This document shows, in pieces, positions 58,637 to 64,000 of a stretch of DNA of 64,000 nucleotides. The number at the start of each line of letters is the position of its first letter. The first letter of the stretch is position 1. The stretch lies in assembly GCA_013166775.1 (NCBI GenBank), contig JABLTJ010000008.1, forward strand, positions 52,564 through 116,563, in the 5' to 3' direction. The notes under the pieces were generated by a model, which saw only the letters and a program-made list of their open reading frames with translations, was not told where the DNA came from and searched no databases. A program made the translations under genes and the position numbers. Source of the DNA: Promethearchaeati archaeon. GTDB taxonomy: Archaea > Asgardarchaeota > Heimdallarchaeia > Heimdallarchaeales > Heimdallarchaeaceae.

Positions 58637-58680
58637 TATATTATATTGTATTTACACCAAAATAAATGTTAACTATATGA

Positions 58681-59238
58681 ATGAGAAAATTTAAAACAAT
58701 CTCTATCCTCAAAAATTCAATGGATTCAGTAACTCATGGAAGTGTCTCTGTTTTAATAGGATTAATTTTCATTCAATTCTACGAAGATATTCCTTTATGG
58801 TTACTGATAATAGTAATGTTCGTTTTTGGGGTCTTGGTGGATTATGACCATGTTTTCTATTACAAAAGAAAATTTCCAGAAATAAAGCTGTGGAATATCC
58901 CTCAATTAATTAAAATCTACTTCAAAACATTAGATGATAGAGATGATTTTATTTATCATACTTGGATGCAAGAACCTGCAGGAATCGTTGTTGTAGGAGG
59001 AATAAGTTATTTATTATTTGGTGTAACAAAATTCTATCCTCCTGTAGCAATACTTGCAGTAAGTTGTTATGCTGGTCATTATTTGATTGATTTATTATCA
59101 GGGAAAATGAAACCCCTAGCACCATTCAATAGCAAAATTACTATTGACTTGAAATTTTTACCTCCTAATGCTTTTACAGCTGCAACTATCTCACTAGCAG
59201 CTTTTCTGATTGGTTTGATTATTTTTCTATATGTTTGA
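58681..59238 (+). CDS. Membrane-bound metal-dependent hydrolase (YdjM-like); likely start MDSVTH
   Basis: TH, DYDH, H, GHYLIDLL...PLAPF motifs. Confidence 0.75.
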   Translation: MRKFKTISILKNSMDSVTHGSVSVLIGLIFIQFYEDIPLWLLIIVMFVFGVLVDYDHVFYYKRKFPEIKLWNIPQLIKIYFKTLDDRDDFIYHTWMQEPAGIVVVGGISYLLFGVTKFYPPVAILAVSCYAGHYLIDLLSGKMKPLAPFNSKITIDLKFLPPNAFTAATISLAAFLIGLIIFLYV

Positions 59239-59299
59239 TTTTTATCAAAAAACTCCTTTTTCTCGATAGATTTTTGAATTTCAACGTAAATGTACATTA

Positions 59300-61696
59300 A
59301 TGTCTCATGAATATGTGGATAAAATTCCATTTTGGGTAGTGAAATTAGCTGTAAACAAGCTAGCACGAAAGAAAATGATGCGATACAATACTGTTGTTTT
59401 GCCAGAAGATCAAACAAAATGGGTAAAACTTGGACCCATTAAAACTCAGAAAACAAGAAAAACTGATATCGATTTCATTCTAGAAAATGGTATTTTAAAA
59501 ATCGCATCACTTGAAAACGGTATCCTTCGTATCCAATGTACGAGAGATCTTCAAGAAATTCCTGAGACTACTGCTGTAATTCTGAAAAGCAAAGCACCTC
59601 CTCCTCTCATTGTTGAGAAGGAAGAAGGAAAAATTAAGCTTCAACAAGAATCTGGACCGACTGCATTTGTGGTTATAGAAGTAGATAAAGAAAATGGTAC
59701 CATTCTTTTCAAAGATGGCTTTGGCTTTGGTATTTTTACTGAGGAATTACCAAGCTTTCATGAAGAAGGGTGGTATAAAGTAGAGAAGAAACCAGAAGTT
59801 GCTTGCGAAAATCATTATGGATTTGGGGAAAAAGGTGGCCCCTTAGATAAAAAGGGTGAAACAATCTCATTTTGGAATACAGATTCTTTTTCTTATAGTA
59901 CAAAGGACTCAAAATTATATCAAACTCAACCTATCCAAATAATTGTTCGATCCAATGGATTCTGTTATGCAATAGTGTATGATAATCCATACAAGAGTCA
60001 AATCATAATTGGAGAAGATGGAGATTGTTCATCAGAATATTATGTTGCAGGAGGGGGGATTAACTATTACTTGATCGTAGGACCAACAGTAAGGAAAGTG
60101 TTTACCAAATTATCAAATCTGTTAGGGAATGCACCATTACCACCAATATCGGCATTAGGTCATCATCAAAGTAGGTGGTCATACTATCCAGAATCAGTTG
60201 TTAGAGAACTTGCGGAAGAATTCAGAACTAGAAAGATTCCATGTGATTATATTCATCTAGATATTGACTATTTAGATGAATATCGTATCTTTACTTGGAA
60301 TAAGGAATATTTTCCAAATCCAGGTAAATTATCACAAGATTTACTAGAACAAGGATTTCGGTTAATGTCTATAACAGATCCTGGTGTAAAAGTTGATTCT
60401 AAATATAAATTATGTAAAGAAGGATTGAAAGATGGTCATTTCTGTTTGAACCCAGATGGTTCCGTTTATGTTGGACCGGTTTGGCCTGGTGATTGTCATT
60501 TTCCTGATTTCTCACAAACTAGAACTAGAGAATGGTTTGGAAGCCAATATAAGGTTTTGACTGACTCGGGAATAAGTGGTTTTTGGATTGATATGAATGA
60601 ACCTTCAGTCTTTGATGAGAAAGGAACAATAGGCGATGATATTGTTCACCCATCGGATGGCGCAAATAAACTCCATAAAGAGATTCATAACCAATATGGA
60701 CACTTGATGGCACAAGCATCATATGAGGGATTGCAAAAGCTATTACCAGATTCTCGAATCTATATCAATTCTCGTTCAGCATATCTTGGAACTCACCGTT
60801 ATGCTGGGACATGGACAGGTGATAACTTATCTGAATGGTCTCATCTTCAAATTTCAATACCAATGCTACTCAACATGGCAACTTCTGGACAAGTTATGGT
60901 AGGACCGGATATTGGTGGTTTTGGTGGTAAGCCATCATCAGAGCTGTTAATCCGATGGTATCAAGCTGGATGCTTTTATCCTTATTTTAGAAATCATACC
61001 ATAAGCGAAAAAAAATCTCAAGAACCATGGGCGTTTGGTAAGAAAACTGAAGCTATAATTCGAAAAGTAATCCAGTTTCGCTATTCCCTAATGGTCCATA
61101 TCTATAATGTAATTCGTCAAGCCTGCCTAACTGGTATTCCAGCTTTTCGTGCTTTATGGATAGATTATCCTAAAGATCCTATGGCACATCTACCAGAGTG
61201 GGCTGAATCTCAGTATCTTTTTGGGGATAATCTACTTGTTGTTCCAATTTTAAAGAGAGGAAAACGTAAAAGAGATATCTATCTTCCTTCAGGGAAATGG
61301 TACAGTTTTTGTGGTGAATTAATCCTAGATGGAGGTAAAATCCACGAAATTTCTGTTCCTCTAGATATTACACCTATTTTTGTTAAAGAAGGTTCCATAA
61401 TTCCCTATATTAATGAAGAAATACAACATACAGGAGAAATTAAAGATTCAAAAATATCTCTTAGAATTTACCCAAAAGATTCTGAAGCTAAAGGGGAAAT
61501 TTACTTAGATGACGGAGAAACTCTCAATTATGAAAAAGGAGAATTTGAATTAATCAAAATTGAGGTAGAGAAGAAAGCTAGGGATACTTGGTATGTGAAT
61601 ATTTCTAGAGAAGGTAAGAAGAAAAAATACATAGAAATTGGAGAGATTACTATACTTGGAGAGGAAAAATCAAACTATTTAGTATTTGAGAAGTGA
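59300..61696 (+). CDS. GH31 alpha-glucosidase
   Basis: QSRWSY, HLDIDY, WIDMNEP nucleophile, WTGDN acid/base, GPDIGGF, FRNH. Confidence 0.95.
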   Translation: MSHEYVDKIPFWVVKLAVNKLARKKMMRYNTVVLPEDQTKWVKLGPIKTQKTRKTDIDFILENGILKIASLENGILRIQCTRDLQEIPETTAVILKSKAPPPLIVEKEEGKIKLQQESGPTAFVVIEVDKENGTILFKDGFGFGIFTEELPSFHEEGWYKVEKKPEVACENHYGFGEKGGPLDKKGETISFWNTDSFSYSTKDSKLYQTQPIQIIVRSNGFCYAIVYDNPYKSQIIIGEDGDCSSEYYVAGGGINYYLIVGPTVRKVFTKLSNLLGNAPLPPISALGHHQSRWSYYPESVVRELAEEFRTRKIPCDYIHLDIDYLDEYRIFTWNKEYFPNPGKLSQDLLEQGFRLMSITDPGVKVDSKYKLCKEGLKDGHFCLNPDGSVYVGPVWPGDCHFPDFSQTRTREWFGSQYKVLTDSGISGFWIDMNEPSVFDEKGTIGDDIVHPSDGANKLHKEIHNQYGHLMAQASYEGLQKLLPDSRIYINSRSAYLGTHRYAGTWTGDNLSEWSHLQISIPMLLNMATSGQVMVGPDIGGFGGKPSSELLIRWYQAGCFYPYFRNHTISEKKSQEPWAFGKKTEAIIRKVIQFRYSLMVHIYNVIRQACLTGIPAFRALWIDYPKDPMAHLPEWAESQYLFGDNLLVVPILKRGKRKRDIYLPSGKWYSFCGELILDGGKIHEISVPLDITPIFVKEGSIIPYINEEIQHTGEIKDSKISLRIYPKDSEAKGEIYLDDGETLNYEKGEFELIKIEVEKKARDTWYVNISREGKKKKYIEIGEITILGEEKSNYLVFEK

Positions 61697-61705
61697 TATA
61701 ATTTT

Positions 61706-62410
61706 CTAATCAAGATAAAAGCAAGCTTTTCTCCAAAGTACTTTTTTGAAAACCTCTGCATATTCTACTCCCAAGAACATACCATTAACTGACATTTCTG
61801 AAACAACATATTTTCTAACTGGCCATTGACCATATGCCTCTTCATAAACATCAAAGCATTGCATTATTTTATCAAATTGCTTCGATACATCAATATAGAT
61901 GCTAGCATCAGATGTGCCTGATCCTTCAATTGGAGTGTATAGACTAACTGGTTCTCTGTGTGGAGGATATTCATCATCATTATTCTTGTATCTAGCATAA
62001 GATAGAGCATCCAAAGTAATAGTATGTGTATACCTGTGATCAGGATGTCCTAATCCTAAAGTCTTATACTCACCCCATGTTATTACGATATCTGGCTTTA
62101 ATTTTTTGAAGATGGTTGCAAGCTTTTTTGCGTTTTCAATAGATGGAGTAACACCTGAATCTGGTATGTCCATTAGAATATATTTACCATCAATGATTTT
62201 CTCAATTTTGCTTACATGTCCTTCTCTTGTCTTAGCAATTTCTTCTGGTGTTCCTTTTAAAGAAGAAGCATTTTCACCATGAGTGAGCATTACTACATAA
62301 ACATTATCTCCCCTCTCACTATGATTGGTAAGAGTACCTAGAATCCCCGCTTCATCATCTGGATGTGCAAATACTGCTACAACATTTAAAGGTCTTTCTT
62401 CGATTTTCAT
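61706..62410 (-). CDS. PIG-L family GlcNAc deacetylase
   Basis: AHPDDE, LTHGE, HPDH, YAEVF. Confidence 0.92.
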   Translation of the reverse strand: MKIEERPLNVVAVFAHPDDEAGILGTLTNHSERGDNVYVVMLTHGENASSLKGTPEEIAKTREGHVSKIEKIIDGKYILMDIPDSGVTPSIENAKKLATIFKKLKPDIVITWGEYKTLGLGHPDHRYTHTITLDALSYARYKNNDDEYPPHREPVSLYTPIEGSGTSDASIYIDVSKQFDKIMQCFDVYEEAYGQWPVRKYVVSEMSVNGMFLGVEYAEVFKKVLWRKACFYLD

Positions 62411-62476
62411 TGAATAACAAGCACTCTTAAGTTTAAAAAAGCAATCTTGTTACAAAAATAAGAGAAAGAGAGAAAT

Positions 62477-63991
62477 CTAGAATCCGTAGATCTCTGAATA
62501 TTTTTTATTTAGAAATTCAATTAGATATTTCGGATTAGGATATTCTCCTGTTACTTCTTTTACAAGTTCTGGTGGATCAAATAGATTTCCTTTCTCTTGG
62601 ACGTTCTTCTTCATCCAATCTGTCAAGATTTTGACATTACCCTTTTCAAGCTGAATGTTCCAATCGGGAATGTCTTTTACTAATTTTGCAAATAACTGTG
62701 CTGCATAAAGATTACCTAGTGAATAAGTAGGGAAATAACCAAAAGAACCACCGCTCCAATGAATATCCTGTAAAACTCCATCACTATCAGTTTCCACAGG
62801 TATTCCAAGTGTCTCTATCATTTTATCTTTCCATAAATGGGGTAAATCTGATATTTTGATTTTTCCTTCAAACAAATCTCTTTCTAATTCGAAACGCAGT
62901 ATTATATGAAGATTATATGTAACTTCATCTGCCTCCACTCGAATCAGTGAAGGTTCTACTCTGTTAATTGCAAGCAAGAAATCATCAAATTCCACATCTC
63001 CAAAAAGACTCCCAGTTAGCTCCTTAAACTTAGAGAGATAATAGAACCAGAATGATTTACTTCTACCTATAGTATTCTCATAGAATCTTGATTGTGATTC
63101 ATGCAGTCCCATTGAGCAATAATTGCCTACTGGTTGATAGCGTAATTCCTTAGGTAAATTCTGTTCATAACAACCATGTCCTCCTTCATGCATCAATGCA
63201 AATAGAGAACTGGTAAAATTATCTTCGATATATCTAGTTGTTATCCGAACATCATCATAAGCTCCTGTTGTAAATGGATGAGCAGCTGTATCTAGACGAC
63301 CTCTATCTAAATCAAAATTAATTCGAGACATAAGATCTCCCGATATTTTTTCTTGTATGTCTATTGAAACTTTTCTTAATATCAAGGTCTTATCCGGTTG
63401 TTTTGTTGCAGTTTTACATTTTTCTATTAAACCTATTGTTGCTTCTTTTAAGGGATCAAATATCTTATTGTAACTTTCAATAGACATTCCTGGTTCAAAA
63501 TCATCAAGTAAGACTTCATATGATGGTAAATCTGGATTAAGGTATTTTGTGTATTCTTTGGTTAACTCGAAAACTTTTTCCAAAAATGGTTGAAAAAGAG
63601 CAAAATCATTCTTTCTTCTAGCTTCTTTCCATTTTTCAACTGCACTCACTCTAGCTTTTGTATATTCTACTACAAAATCCGCGGGTAATTTTGTTTGTTT
63701 ATCATAATCTCTTTGGATAAGATGGATGTTTCTTTTCTCCAAAAGGGATAGTTTTTCATAATTGGTGTCGTTTTTGATTTCTTGTAGTAACTTGCCAATT
63801 TCTGTATCTGTCATTTTTCCGTGAATCAGTCTAGCCAGAAAAGCTTGTTGATTTCCTCTTTGTTCTATTCCCCCTTTTGGCATCATTACTTCTGTATCCC
63901 AGCCAGTAAGCATTGAAATTTGACTAATGACACTGATCTCTCTAAATCTTCTTAGAAGTTCATCGTATTTCTCTTTCATATTTTTTCCCAT
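62477..63991 (-). CDS. Carboxypeptidase M32
   Basis: HPF, DVRITTR, HEGGH, HESQS, IRVEADE, QDIHW, GYFPTY. Confidence 0.97.
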   Translation of the reverse strand: MGKNMKEKYDELLRRFREISVISQISMLTGWDTEVMMPKGGIEQRGNQQAFLARLIHGKMTDTEIGKLLQEIKNDTNYEKLSLLEKRNIHLIQRDYDKQTKLPADFVVEYTKARVSAVEKWKEARRKNDFALFQPFLEKVFELTKEYTKYLNPDLPSYEVLLDDFEPGMSIESYNKIFDPLKEATIGLIEKCKTATKQPDKTLILRKVSIDIQEKISGDLMSRINFDLDRGRLDTAAHPFTTGAYDDVRITTRYIEDNFTSSLFALMHEGGHGCYEQNLPKELRYQPVGNYCSMGLHESQSRFYENTIGRSKSFWFYYLSKFKELTGSLFGDVEFDDFLLAINRVEPSLIRVEADEVTYNLHIILRFELERDLFEGKIKISDLPHLWKDKMIETLGIPVETDSDGVLQDIHWSGGSFGYFPTYSLGNLYAAQLFAKLVKDIPDWNIQLEKGNVKILTDWMKKNVQEKGNLFDPPELVKEVTGEYPNPKYLIEFLNKKYSEIYGF

Positions 63992-64000
63992 CTAAATGAT

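Noticed and set aside
5447-60722. Numerous short ORFs antisense to or nested in confident genes (e.g. 6260-6631, 14312-14701, 29852-30247, 57522-58079, 59079-59417)
   Set aside because: They overlap well-supported genes and show no motifs; expected shadow ORFs

Overview
AT-rich, gene-dense archaeal chromosomal segment with about 52 credible CDS, one intron-containing tRNA-His and one probable C/D-box guide RNA. Archaeal markers (class I LysRS, GatDE, Rpo6, eL42, geranylgeranyl reductase, class III-signal pilin, BHB tRNA intron) occur alongside eukaryotic-signature-type genes (one Arf-like and two Rab-like GTPases, a longin-domain membrane protein, a probable DENN protein). This points to an Asgard archaeon, probably Heimdallarchaeia-like (inference). 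No transposase, integrase, CRISPR array or rRNA was seen. Best leads: (1) a Sec11-type signal peptidase whose C-terminal extension resembles the eukaryotic signal peptidase complex subunit SPC22/23 (SPCS3); (2) a tRNA-His with eukaryote-type identity (A73, no encoded G-1); (3) a giant Lhr helicase plus a stand-alone partner that together carry four AlkZ-like winged-helix modules; (4) DENN-like and longin-7TM proteins as candidate GTPase regulators; (5) a tandem cellulose-synthase-like GT2/GT2/GT-C operon facing an ATPase-less pair of ABC permeases, one of them giant, with a C/D-box sRNA just upstream. All family assignments come from motif recognition by eye; no database search was run.
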